From Promethearchaeota archaeon (GTDB taxonomy: Archaea > Asgardarchaeota > Lokiarchaeia > Sigyniarchaeales > SOKP01), in the NCBI GenBank assembly GCA_019058445.1, contig JAHPZA010000004.1, positions 192,001 through 256,000 of the forward strand: a DNA stretch of 64,000 bases, written 5' to 3'. The notes beneath the pieces are model-generated. The model saw only the letters and a program-made list of their open reading frames with translations. It did not search any database and had not been told where the DNA came from. Below, piece after piece: positions 19,458-29,691 of the stretch (the stretch's first letter is position 1; every line of letters starts with the position of its first letter). Made by a program: the position numbers and the translations under genes.

Positions 19458-20333
19458 TCACGTATAAATTTCTTTACCGTGTTTAAGAAATGTTCCATTT
19501 CGATATTCTTCAAAAGCAATTCTTAACTCTTCTTCAGTATTCATAACAATTGGACCCCGCCATGCTACCGGCTCCCGGATTGGCTTCCCTGAAACTAAAA
19601 GAAAACGCACTTTTTCTTCAGCAGTACTAATAAGGATTTCATCTCCTTCTCGATAAATTACTAAATTCTCATTCGATATAAGCTGCTTTTTTTCGTCATC
19701 AAAATATCCTTTCCCCCCAACAACGTAGGCAAAAGCGTTATGTCCTCTTGGTATAGAATGCCGGAATTCCGAATTTGGCTTTATCGTAACATCTAAATAT
19801 TTTGGCTCAGTAACTATATCCTGAACGGGACCTTTTATTCCTTGAACTTCTCCACAGATGATTTTGATTTTTACATCTCCTCCATTTAATTCAACTTCAG
19901 GGATTTGATCTTTTGTGATACCCCTATATCGAGGATCCATCATTTTATGAGAAGATGGAAGATTTGCCCATAATTGAAATCCCCAAAGCAAGGTATCATT
20001 CTCGTTATGCTTAGGCATCTCACTGTGAATTATACCATTTCCAGCTGTCATCCATTGAACATCTCCCGATTCAATCACTCCACCATTACCCATGCTATCT
20101 CCATGTTCCACTTTTCCATGAAGCATGTAGGTGATGGTTTCTATTCCACGATGCGGATGCCAAGGAAATCCAGCCATATAATGATCTGGATTGTTAGAAT
20201 GAAAATCATCTAAAAGCAAAAATGGGTCTAACCAAGGGTCATCATAACCAAATGCTCTTTTTAAGTGGACTCCTGCACCTTCAAGCGTCGGTCTACTTTT
20301 TAAAGTTAAACGTACTTTTCTAACTTCTTTCAT
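19458..20333 (-). CDS. Pirin family protein
   Basis: DPFLLLD, GFPWHPHRGIETITY, QWMTAG.GI.HSE, GPIVMN. Confidence 0.97.
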   Translation of the reverse strand: MKEVRKVRLTLKSRPTLEGAGVHLKRAFGYDDPWLDPFLLLDDFHSNNPDHYMAGFPWHPHRGIETITYMLHGKVEHGDSMGNGGVIESGDVQWMTAGNGIIHSEMPKHNENDTLLWGFQLWANLPSSHKMMDPRYRGITKDQIPEVELNGGDVKIKIICGEVQGIKGPVQDIVTEPKYLDVTIKPNSEFRHSIPRGHNAFAYVVGGKGYFDDEKKQLISNENLVIYREGDEILISTAEEKVRFLLVSGKPIREPVAWRGPIVMNTEEELRIAFEEYRNGTFLKHGKEIYT

Positions 20334-20509
20334 ATTTAATCACTCATGAAAAATTATAAGATTTAATTTAACGAGATGAATGAGATTCACCGGAATTATA
20401 TAAGTTAGTTTTATGAATTATAGAAAAAAAGCCAAGAATGGTTTTTTACCACAGAGCTTTTTCTTAAGAAATTTATAAAAATTAGGATTTTAAACTGGAA
20501 GTAACCTGC

Positions 20510-21253
20510 TTAAGATTTTAATTCTGTAATCCATTTTTTATCTTCCTTTAATCTTTCATATTCTTTAATATCTCCGAAATCGCCCCTAAATTGATTCTTA
20601 TTCATCTTGAGAACTCTGACTTTCCAATTTCTCTCACGGATACCTGTGAGAATTGCGGCTGGAAGTTCTATCTCTCCCCTTTTAGAGGTCTTTAAACTCT
20701 TTAAAACACCAAAGATGTTCTTGGATAAAATAAATAAACCAGAGTTATTCCAACATGGAAATTTTTTATGAGGTGGAGGTTTTTCGATCATATTTACTAG
20801 ATATTCATTATCAGTAATTAGTGAACACCCTTTCTGAATATTTTCTAAATAATTAGAAACTAAAACAAAATCTTCATGCTCGTCTTTATGTATATTATAG
20901 ACTTCATTATAGAACCTGTAAGGAACTAAGATGTCTCCATTAGTTATTAAAAAATGTGAAGATTTAATCAAGTTTTCAACTAATAAAATGGCTCCTCCTG
21001 TTCCATTTAGATTTGATTGTTCAATATATTCAATACTTATATTCCATTTGTCCCCTTTTTGAAAATAATCAATGATCTGTTCTTTTAAATACCCTATTAC
21101 TATTATAAATTTTTTAATTCCAGTATACTTAATCCCAGTGATGATATATTCTAGTAGGGGCTTTCCATGAACTGGAATCATTGATTTTTGATAAATTTCG
21201 GTATAGAGACGCATTCGTTTCCCATAACCTGCGCATAAGATAACGGCTTTCAA
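20510..21253 (-). CDS. Sugar-1-phosphate nucleotidyltransferase
   Basis: AVILCAGYGKRM..K; EQ...GTGGA; NGD; IEKP; SKRGEIEL. Confidence 0.9.
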   Translation of the reverse strand: MKAVILCAGYGKRMRLYTEIYQKSMIPVHGKPLLEYIITGIKYTGIKKFIIVIGYLKEQIIDYFQKGDKWNISIEYIEQSNLNGTGGAILLVENLIKSSHFLITNGDILVPYRFYNEVYNIHKDEHEDFVLVSNYLENIQKGCSLITDNEYLVNMIEKPPPHKKFPCWNNSGLFILSKNIFGVLKSLKTSKRGEIELPAAILTGIRERNWKVRVLKMNKNQFRGDFGDIKEYERLKEDKKWITELKS

Positions 21254-21435
21254 AATATCATGAAATTCTTAATAATTTTTATTGAAAATTTTTTAAACTT
21301 CCCTTGTATATGATGTTAGAAAGTATTAATATCTGAAGAAAGGAAGCATTTACAATAAAGTTTTATTTAGTTTAGTAATTTATCTTTATTCAAATCTTTA
21401 TGCATACAAATTAAAACAAGTTAAGTGATTAGTTT

Positions 21436-22551
21436 TTGAAAAAAAAGGAGAAAAACTCGATAAGCATTCTATATTTGATGGCTTTCTTCACATTTTTTAT
21501 TATTATTTTAACATTTTTCATTGGATTTATGATTTTGGTTCGATTTATTATTTTTTATGCAACAATCTTTTTCCTCATCATTATTTCCGTATATCTAAGT
21601 ATTTTTGGACCAGCTAAATATAAATATAAGGATGGAGGTTGGGAAGATACAACACGATATTATCAGCCCGAATATGATACTCAAAAATGGAATATTCTAA
21701 TAGATATGCATAGTCATACCAAAGCAAGCGATGGTAAGCTATCAGTAGAACAAAACGTCAAATATCATATGAGCGTTGGATTTAATGCGTGCGTTATTAC
21801 AGATCATAACACAATGAAACAAATTGAGGAAGTTATAAGAATAAAAGAAAAATATAAGAATAAATTGATTCTGATCCCGGGTTTAGAATATAGTACAAAT
21901 AGAATTCATATGTGTTTTATAGGGATTACAGAGTGGGATTGTAAGAAAATTCCAAAATATCCTACGGATAAACAAATTAAGGATGCTATTGATAAAGTTC
22001 ATGAAATGGGAGGTGTGGTGGCTGCATGTCACTATCCGTGGTCTACATGGCCTATAGTTGGTCGAGGGATTTCTCGTATGCATGATCATCCAACAAGAGA
22101 ACAAATTTACTCCTGGGGTGTTGATTTATTAGAATGTGGTGGTTGGGACGATGATAATTCCTTATTTGATCGATTTAGTTTTGAATTTGCAAAATCTCAC
22201 TCAAATATTAGCCCATGCTGTGGTACAGATATGCATGAACCTTACCGCCATCCATTATGCGGTTGGACAGTACTCAAAGCCGAAAATTTCACAGAAAAGG
22301 CTATTATCGAAGAATTAAGAAATCATAAAACGGATATCATCTTAACAGAGCCGATAAAATATCCCTTTAATCATAAAGAAAATTTTTGGTATAAAGCAGT
22401 TAGACCATTGACGATGTTAGGAGAGATGTTTCAAAATGTGTATTTATGGGAAGAAAAGCCAAAATGGGATATCTCTGCAGTACAAGCATGGATTTCTTAC
22501 TTTTTTATCATATTTTTATTGTTTGAACTTTTTCTATTTTATATTTTTTAA
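21436..22551 (+). CDS. Membrane-anchored PHP-domain phosphoesterase
   Basis: DMHSHT..SDG, ITDHN, GLEY, GTDMH; N-terminal TMs and a C-terminal TM. Confidence 0.88.
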   Translation: MKKKEKNSISILYLMAFFTFFIIILTFFIGFMILVRFIIFYATIFFLIIISVYLSIFGPAKYKYKDGGWEDTTRYYQPEYDTQKWNILIDMHSHTKASDGKLSVEQNVKYHMSVGFNACVITDHNTMKQIEEVIRIKEKYKNKLILIPGLEYSTNRIHMCFIGITEWDCKKIPKYPTDKQIKDAIDKVHEMGGVVAACHYPWSTWPIVGRGISRMHDHPTREQIYSWGVDLLECGGWDDDNSLFDRFSFEFAKSHSNISPCCGTDMHEPYRHPLCGWTVLKAENFTEKAIIEELRNHKTDIILTEPIKYPFNHKENFWYKAVRPLTMLGEMFQNVYLWEEKPKWDISAVQAWISYFFIIFLLFELFLFYIF

Positions 22552-22624
22552 AATATTAACCACTTTAGGTTAGCCATTTGCAATTTTGTTTACTTTCTAA
22601 TGTCGGTATAAAAAATCACAGCTT

Positions 22625-23728
22625 TCAATAATGTTCAACTCCATTACTTGTTGCTATTTGATAAGCATCAGCATCTTCATTAGTTAGAATCTGCATCATT
22701 TCTTCTTCCCTCTCCGGTGCTAGGGTGAACATTGTTCCTCCAAAACCAGAACCATTAATTTTTGCTCCTAATGCTCCTGAATCGATACACGCAGCTATCA
22801 TCTTATCTATTTTAGGTGTTGAGATTTTTATGTGTTCACTTAACTCCTTTTGGTGCTTGTTTAAAAGTTGACCTAATTGATAATAGAAATTCATGATCAA
22901 ATCAGCATCAGGGGCTTCTTTTTGTTGTTTTTGCCAATCAAGGATTATATTTTTTGCTGATATGGTTACATCTCTGTTGATTATATTTCCAATTATTTTT
23001 TCTTGGTGTTCCTTTTTAAGACTAGGCAATAATGGCCTAATTTCTTCGAGATTAGTAGTAAATTCCTTAAATTCTGGCATTACTTCTTTTAAAGATTCAA
23101 AGGCGTTTTTGGATAATATTTTTCCTCTACGGAGATCTTCGACGGTATTTTTTTTTTCTTTTGAATCTCCTAAAACAAAACCGTCAAGTTTCATAGGGAT
23201 TTCAATTATTTCTGAAAGATGTTCAGTAGGCTTTAAATAAATGAGATCGCCGTAGATAGAGGTATAGAAATCCATCTTTCCTCCTGCCTCTCCAAATTCA
23301 GCCACTTCCGTTTGGTAACCCATCTCAGCCAGTTGTATTTTACTAAATTTGCCCCCTGAAATTAAATTTAGAAAACTTAGCCATGCAATAACAAAAGCAG
23401 AAGAACTAGCAGCTCCAGCATTAATAGGAATATTTCCAGTAATTTTGATATCATAACCTTTATTAAATTTTATACCTTTCCTCAAGAATTGATTATATCC
23501 ACTATGAAGATAATCTCGGTCTGAGTTATATTTCATTTCTCTGTTTTTAAGTTGAATTTCTAAATTTTCATTGATATTTGGAAGATCAATAATAAATTTT
23601 TCATTTGATATTCGTGAAGCTTCTAAGTAAATATATTTGGATATAGCCATAGCAATAACTGGATAATTTAAATAATCTTGATGCTCCCCAAATAAACAAA
23701 TCCGTCCTGGTGCCTTTAATCTTATCAT
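22625..23728 (-). CDS. galK: GHMP-family sugar kinase (galactokinase-like)
   Basis: APGRICLFGEHQDY, IPINAGAASSSA, GKMD, GAKINGSGFGG. Confidence 0.8.
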   Translation of the reverse strand: MIRLKAPGRICLFGEHQDYLNYPVIAMAISKYIYLEASRISNEKFIIDLPNINENLEIQLKNREMKYNSDRDYLHSGYNQFLRKGIKFNKGYDIKITGNIPINAGAASSSAFVIAWLSFLNLISGGKFSKIQLAEMGYQTEVAEFGEAGGKMDFYTSIYGDLIYLKPTEHLSEIIEIPMKLDGFVLGDSKEKKNTVEDLRRGKILSKNAFESLKEVMPEFKEFTTNLEEIRPLLPSLKKEHQEKIIGNIINRDVTISAKNIILDWQKQQKEAPDADLIMNFYYQLGQLLNKHQKELSEHIKISTPKIDKMIAACIDSGALGAKINGSGFGGTMFTLAPEREEEMMQILTNEDADAYQIATSNGVEHY

Positions 23729-23854
23729 ATTAGGATAGTATCACTGAGATATTATAGCTTTTTTTTTTAATTGTATCAAAATTAATAATGATTCTATAGA
23801 TATTGTTTTTTCTTTAGGTTTTTAAGATTTAAAATTAAAATATAAACTGAATTT

Positions 23855-24562
23855 ATGATAAGGGATTTAGTAATTATAAAGGATGGTGTTCCATTACTTG
23901 CAAAAAATCTCTCAAATTCTCAAAAGGGGCTTTTTTCTAAAGAAAACGACCTTATTATGCTGTCTGGTTTCTTTTCTGCGTTAAATTCTTTTTCTGATCA
24001 ATTTGAGGATTTGGGTTCAATCAAAGAGTTAAAACTATCTAAAAATAACTTGAAATTATCATTTCTAAATGATAGATCTGTTCAAAATTTAGTTTATTTA
24101 GCGACTTTCGATAAAGATTCTAATAGTGTTGATGTCAGAAGTTTCTTAAAGAGTGTCTCAAAGAGTTTTATAAATCGGTATGGAATAAACGAAATAAAAA
24201 AATGGGCTGGAAGAAGGGAGATGTTTGAAACGTTTGAAGAGGTAGTTGATACATTTTTAGAAGAGGAAGATTATGAGGGAAATGGAACAAGTACTTATAA
24301 TGAGCCTGAACAGCTCTTAAAATCTCATGATATTCTAAGTGAAAATGTTCCAAAGTATTATCATTATATTCCTCGATTTAAAGTATCTACAAAAATAAAT
24401 CCAGAGCATTACTTGACTGGTGAATCTTCTTATAAGGTATTTAATAAAATAGATGGTATAAAATCAATCTCTCAAATCGCAAATGAGTTACAAATGAAGG
24501 AAGAAAGAGTTTATGCCATAAGCAAGAATTTAATTAAATTCGGTTTCATATCTTTTTCTTAA
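23855..24562 (+). CDS. Longin-domain protein with a C-terminal NPRL2-like winged helix
   Basis: 'IIKDGVPLL...MLSGFFSALNSFS' longin signature; C-terminal 'IP...VFNKIDGIKSISQIANEL....VYAISKNLIKFGFI'. Confidence 0.7.
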   Translation: MIRDLVIIKDGVPLLAKNLSNSQKGLFSKENDLIMLSGFFSALNSFSDQFEDLGSIKELKLSKNNLKLSFLNDRSVQNLVYLATFDKDSNSVDVRSFLKSVSKSFINRYGINEIKKWAGRREMFETFEEVVDTFLEEEDYEGNGTSTYNEPEQLLKSHDILSENVPKYYHYIPRFKVSTKINPEHYLTGESSYKVFNKIDGIKSISQIANELQMKEERVYAISKNLIKFGFISFS

Positions 24563-24723
24563 AGGATATTTAAAGTAAATTTTCTATGTTATAGGGGATA
24601 GAAAAACTCTCTCAAAAAATAAGTTTAAATTAACCAATTTTGTATAGTATTAAAGAAATTATCTTTAATTTTTAGAAACTAAGGATATTAGGGATTAAGG
24701 TGCAATAAGAAATAACAGTTGCG

Positions 24724-26580
24724 ATGGAGCCTAAATCTATTGATTCATTAATAGATAAATTAAAAGAAGCCACTGGAATTAAATTTGAATATTATCAGAG
24801 GAATTTCCTCGAAAGAAGAATTCATTTTAGAGTAAAGAACTTAGAAATTAATTCTTATCAAGATTATATCAACTATCTGGCTGAAAATCCTGGAGAGATT
24901 GACCATTTTCTAAATAAGTTCACTATTAATTATACATATTTTTTTAGAAATTATGAGATCTTTGAGAGATTTGAAGAATTCATAAGACAATATCTTATAG
25001 GACTCAAAAGACCAATCCGTATATGGTCTGCTCCTTGCGCTTCTGGAGAAGAACCTTATTCTATCGCAATGATATTTGATAAATTGAAATCTAAAATTAT
25101 AAATTTTCCTGATTACGAGATAGTAGCATCAGATATTGATAAAACAGCTTTAGGAATTGCTAAAGCGGGTGTGTATGGTGAATATTCTATTCATGAGATC
25201 CCTAAAAGTTATTTAGAAACTCATTTTACTAGGCAAGACACTCAACTTGGCCCTAAATTTACGATTAGTGAAGATATTAAAAATAAAGTGGAATTGATTG
25301 AAGAGGATATTATCAGTGGGCATAAGAAAAATTCAAAATATGATGTAATTTTTTGTAGAAATCTACTAATATACATAAATAGAGAATCTAAAGAAAAATT
25401 ATTAAGAACCTTAGAAAATCATTTAGTTCATGGGGGACTTCTAATTTTAGGAAAAACAGAAATGTTAGTCAATATTCAGAGTAATTTTAAATCAATTGAC
25501 ACTAATAATCATTTTTATGTGAAAAGTAAATTAAATCCAAGTATTAAAGTAAATAAAAAAGAATCGCCAATACCCACGAAAAAACCCATAAAGAAAAAGG
25601 AAAATAAACCAGCAAACGTGAGGAAAACGATTAAACGAGAGAATAGAGAGAAAATAGTTCCGACACTCTCAGAAGAAAAAAGAGTGAAAATAAAACAAAA
25701 TGAAAGACTCAAACCTGTAAAAATTGAAACAGAAAATCAAATGGAATCCCGTAAAAAAATATTAGACAATCGAGAACTTCAAATTATCCGACGATTAAAC
25801 CAAATTGAATTAAGAGAAAAACAATTGAATGAAAGAGAGTTGAGGTTAAAACAAAGAGAAGTACAATTAGGGCAAAAAGAAGTTTTAATAGGGCTCAGAG
25901 AACAACAAATAGAAGACCTACTGGAGCAGATTGAAGAAAAGGAAAGAAAGAACGATAAATCAAAACCTCGTGGAAGACCTCCTTCTAAAAAGAAAGGAAC
26001 AGGAAAAAAGGCTTTACCCACTAAACCAGCATCAGTAGATTTATCAATTGATGATGCTGATCGAATAGTGCATCCTAATATTAAGGGAGAATTAAATTTA
26101 CCAGTTGGCCATTATGCTATAATTAATTCACATGATATCGAGAATAAATCTTCAAAATTCTCAGTTTATGGATTAAGCTCGGGAATTGTGTTAATTCTGC
26201 AAGATAAAGTTCATAAGGTTTATGGGATGTCCTATATGTTACATCCAAAATCAACAGCTGTGAATAATGGGGCTTCCTTGTTTCCTCATAGATATATAGA
26301 TTCATCCGTCTCCGTGCTGTTGGATAAAATTTTATACAATGGTGCGAATAAAGACAATCTTGAGGCTATTATAGTGGGTGGTGCAAACAATATTTATGAA
26401 CAAGAAGGAGATTATCAGGATAATATTGATGCAATTACTCAAGAATTATTTTCTCGTCATATTTCAATTGAAAAGGAGTTTTTGGGAGGGATTTCTGAAA
26501 GATCTCTAGTGTATGATACAATTCGAAATGAATTGTTAATTAAAAAGAAATGGGAATCGCACTATAGAAGAGTTAGTTAA
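24724..26580 (+). CDS. cheR: CheR-type methyltransferase fused through a coiled coil to a CheD-like domain
   Basis: TINYTYFFRN, RIWSAPCASGEEPYSIAM, ASDID, DVIFCRNLLIY, GGLLILGKTE; C-terminal CheD fold 'GLSSGI....D....GM....P', 'GGAN'. Confidence 0.85.
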   Translation: MEPKSIDSLIDKLKEATGIKFEYYQRNFLERRIHFRVKNLEINSYQDYINYLAENPGEIDHFLNKFTINYTYFFRNYEIFERFEEFIRQYLIGLKRPIRIWSAPCASGEEPYSIAMIFDKLKSKIINFPDYEIVASDIDKTALGIAKAGVYGEYSIHEIPKSYLETHFTRQDTQLGPKFTISEDIKNKVELIEEDIISGHKKNSKYDVIFCRNLLIYINRESKEKLLRTLENHLVHGGLLILGKTEMLVNIQSNFKSIDTNNHFYVKSKLNPSIKVNKKESPIPTKKPIKKKENKPANVRKTIKRENREKIVPTLSEEKRVKIKQNERLKPVKIETENQMESRKKILDNRELQIIRRLNQIELREKQLNERELRLKQREVQLGQKEVLIGLREQQIEDLLEQIEEKERKNDKSKPRGRPPSKKKGTGKKALPTKPASVDLSIDDADRIVHPNIKGELNLPVGHYAIINSHDIENKSSKFSVYGLSSGIVLILQDKVHKVYGMSYMLHPKSTAVNNGASLFPHRYIDSSVSVLLDKILYNGANKDNLEAIIVGGANNIYEQEGDYQDNIDAITQELFSRHISIEKEFLGGISERSLVYDTIRNELLIKKKWESHYRRVS

Positions 26581-26583
26581 AAA

Positions 26584-26889
26584 TTACTTATGTTTTCTTC
26601 TCTCGTGTTGTTTCTTTCGTTTTTGTTCTTTTTCTTGGATCTCTTCTTCCAACTGCATTAATTTTCCCGCATCTTTACCCTGTAATTTAAATTGTCCAAA
26701 AACCTTGCTTTCTTCTTTTTCACCTGATTTTGAAATTTTTTCAAAGGTTAACTCAATGGGAGCATCTTGATTTAAAGCTAAGTTTATAAAATTAATAAAG
26801 CCAATATGTTTTCTGGGCGCGATATTAAACTTAATGTTTATTTCCTTTCCTTTCTTTGTTTTAGATTTCAAGACTAGACGTAATTTCAA
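26584..26889 (-). CDS. Hypothetical basic protein
   Basis: 101-aa ORF, TTG start, SD-like ggt upstream. Confidence 0.65.
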   Translation of the reverse strand: MKLRLVLKSKTKKGKEINIKFNIAPRKHIGFINFINLALNQDAPIELTFEKISKSGEKEESKVFGQFKLQGKDAGKLMQLEEEIQEKEQKRKKQHERRKHK

Positions 26890-27111
26890 TAGTTTTCAAT
26901 CTCTTTATTGTAGGTGTGTATTTATTATTAACTTAAAACATTTATGCTAAAAAAATCTATTTATCAATTAATGGTTAGTAAAAGAAATCTATATCTTTTA
27001 TAGAAAGATTTTGGCTTTATTTTTTTCATGTATATAGTAATGGAACGCAACTATTTTAAATAAAAGGTTGAGTTCTTTGTTGATCCCTTTTAGTTTGCAA
27101 TTTAAAAAAAA

Positions 27112-27966
27112 ATGTTGATATATTTAAATATTTTAAATTATCTTTGTATATTTATGGAATTAGGGATCTTATCTATGTTATTTATAATATTAACTCTATA
27201 CTTAATTTATATAGTATTACAGATGGTAGTGGGGATATATTTATTTATTCGAATGAGAAAGACTAAACTAAATAATATTTTGCCATTGTCATTATTTTTT
27301 ATTATATCATCAATACAAGGAATTATGTCGCTATTTAATTTACCTGTTATTATTTTTCAGGCAAGTCTGTTTATTCCAAGTATTTTATTATTGATCTTTA
27401 CTAAATTAACATTTTTTAGAGACCAAAAAACTCCATTTATATTTTTCTTAGTGATCATGTTAATACTAAAGATTATAACTTTCTTAGTTAGTTTATTTAT
27501 AATCCCGCTATCAACACCAATGACTGCAAAATTCTCTAAAGATTATGTGCTCTATTATTATTTGTATTTATTAATTATTTGTATAAATTTATCAATACCG
27601 GAATTATGGCTTGGTTATTCTGCTTTAAATTATTATAAACAGGTTAAGCTTCTAAATATTGAGCCATGGATAAAAAAAAGATATTTAATAATTAGTTATT
27701 CAGCAATTATTCTTTTTATCGAAGCAATTGCTTATTTATTTTTACCATGGTCGTCTGAGGGCTTCAGGCATCCACAGGCACTAGTAGTTATTTTTATAGT
27801 AACCACAGTAACAGTTGTTTTTTCTATCGGAAGTATAATTGGCTGGATGATGCCAAAAAAACTTAAAATTCACTTTAATAAAGGCTTCACACCTATTAGA
27901 GATGAAATATTGGATGAAGCTGAATTATTAAAGAAAATTAAATCCGAATTATCAAAGGGAGGGTAA
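27112..27966 (+). CDS. Polytopic (~7-TM) membrane protein
   Basis: About 7 hydrophobic helices, 'IEPWIKKRY' loop, 'W.MPKKLK..FN' C-terminal tail; true start may be ATG at 27154. Confidence 0.75.
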   Translation: MLIYLNILNYLCIFMELGILSMLFIILTLYLIYIVLQMVVGIYLFIRMRKTKLNNILPLSLFFIISSIQGIMSLFNLPVIIFQASLFIPSILLLIFTKLTFFRDQKTPFIFFLVIMLILKIITFLVSLFIIPLSTPMTAKFSKDYVLYYYLYLLIICINLSIPELWLGYSALNYYKQVKLLNIEPWIKKRYLIISYSAIILFIEAIAYLFLPWSSEGFRHPQALVVIFIVTTVTVVFSIGSIIGWMMPKKLKIHFNKGFTPIRDEILDEAELLKKIKSELSKGG

Positions 27967-27967
27967 A

Positions 27968-28243
27968 TTGAATTTCATCGAGTTTTTAGGAAATATATTA
28001 TCTAAAGAATTAGAAATAAGCACCTATGCTGCAAGAGGGCTTATTAAACTTTCAATTAAAGATGAATTTGGGCCATTTTTCCCTCTTGATAAAATTACTT
28101 ATAAATTGATTCGAAAAGTAATAAAAAATTCATTATTTTTTAGAATGAAAAGATTAGAGGTATTCAGATTTGAAGAAATTAGAAATTATCTATTAGATGA
28201 ATTAGTTAAAAATCAATCTTTAATCACGTTCGAAAGTATATGA
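27968..28243 (+). CDS. Small cytoplasmic protein adjoining the 7-TM gene
   Basis: Starts 1 bp after the upstream stop, SD ggaggg; 'AARGLIKLSIKDEFGP' motif. Confidence 0.75.
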   Translation: MNFIEFLGNILSKELEISTYAARGLIKLSIKDEFGPFFPLDKITYKLIRKVIKNSLFFRMKRLEVFRFEEIRNYLLDELVKNQSLITFESI

Positions 28244-28305
28244 GAAATAATAATATTATAAATTAATATTATGTTTTAATATTTAAGCAATTAATCTTAG
28301 ATTTC

Positions 28306-28962
28306 TTGATATACCAGAATATGCCATCAAAATTTCGTTTAAGATTTATTTTTCGACCAGTAATTAATTTGATTGCTAAGGCATTAAGTAAAATTGGTAT
28401 AACACCAAATTTAGCGACAATTCTTATGCTTTGTTGTGCAGTTTTAAGTTTCATTGCATTAGTTTTCTTTCAAAATCTTTTGATTTTTGGGCTTTTAGTG
28501 TTTATTACAGGTATTATGGACGGGTGCGATGGAGCAATTGCGAGGTTAACCAATAAATCAAGTGCTTTTGGAGGATTTTTTGATTCCATAATGGATAGAA
28601 TTTCAGAGTTCGTAATATTTTTAGCACTCTTGGTATATACTTGGGATCAATTTCTTTGGATTTTAATTGACGTGAAATTAATTATTTTTATTACCTTTTT
28701 AGCCTCCTTAATGATAAGCTATATGAGAGCTCGAGCTGAAAATTTTTTTAAAAAAGAAATGAACAAAGGGGAATTCGATCTAGGACTTATGGCCCGATCA
28801 GAACGGTTGTTTTATATTTTTATTACTTCTATAGTATGCTTCTATATAAATGCGTTTTATAATGAAGCTTTATTTCTTTTTATGTGGTTAGTATTAGGAA
28901 CCGCTTTTTTCAGATTTATAAGAATTAATAATCAAATTAAAAAGCTACAGCATGAAACTTAG
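28306..28962 (+). CDS. pgsA: CDP-alcohol phosphatidyltransferase (archaetidylinositol phosphate synthase-like)
   Basis: GITPN; DGCDGAIAR......FGGFFDSIMDR; SY.RARAE; R.ER. Confidence 0.88.
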   Translation: MIYQNMPSKFRLRFIFRPVINLIAKALSKIGITPNLATILMLCCAVLSFIALVFFQNLLIFGLLVFITGIMDGCDGAIARLTNKSSAFGGFFDSIMDRISEFVIFLALLVYTWDQFLWILIDVKLIIFITFLASLMISYMRARAENFFKKEMNKGEFDLGLMARSERLFYIFITSIVCFYINAFYNEALFLFMWLVLGTAFFRFIRINNQIKKLQHET

Positions 28963-28968
28963 ACTATT

Positions 28969-29679
28969 TCAATTCTTAGTTAATTCAATAATTAACTTAT
29001 CTCCGTCTTTTAAGTTAAGGAAATCCCTTAAATAAGGCTCTGCTAAGATTTCAACAATATTTTCCTCATGATGGGTTCTTTCAATAGCTAAAATGGCTGC
29101 ATCGATTTTATTTTCTCTATCATCTAAACGGGAAATTTTACATCCATAACACTTGACTTCTCCATAAGTACGATCAGAATTGTCATCCTTAAATCCATCA
29201 ATTATAATTGGCGTTTGATTTTCGAGATTTTCTCGTAGTAAGGCTTTATTTAATTGACTTAATTTTAAATTTAGTGTTCCTTTGTACGGCGTAAATCCTA
29301 ATTTTTCTTTAAACTGCACATAATACCCTTTAATTGCAACGTAATATCCCCCTTCTTTCATACCTTCCGATACAATGCCTACGATTAAGATATTTTCAAG
29401 AATATGTTTTAACTCTTTATAAACATTTAGCATCACATCTGCCCCTTCTTTTGGTATCCTTAGAATTTGGGTCTTTCCTTCAATTTTTCGCTTAATCCAC
29501 CCTAATTTCTCTAAATCTTGGATCCTGCGAGAGGCGGTCTGTTGGCTTACTCCCATAATATCCCCTAATTCAACACTACTGATATGGATTGCCTTTTGAT
29601 TTCCAATTTGCTGGCAAAGGTGATAGAGAGCGAACCAATTCGCATAGTTTTCAGGAATAATTTCATCTTTTTCTGGCAT
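28969..29679 (-). CDS. ribK: CTP-dependent riboflavin kinase with an N-terminal HTH (RbkR-type)
   Basis: SQQTASRR HTH; G...GMKEGGYY; LGFTPYKGTLN; RTHH; LR..L.LKDGD. Confidence 0.92.
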   Translation of the reverse strand: MPEKDEIIPENYANWFALYHLCQQIGNQKAIHISSVELGDIMGVSQQTASRRIQDLEKLGWIKRKIEGKTQILRIPKEGADVMLNVYKELKHILENILIVGIVSEGMKEGGYYVAIKGYYVQFKEKLGFTPYKGTLNLKLSQLNKALLRENLENQTPIIIDGFKDDNSDRTYGEVKCYGCKISRLDDRENKIDAAILAIERTHHEENIVEILAEPYLRDFLNLKDGDKLIIELTKN

Positions 29680-29691
29680 ACTCTTCCCTTT

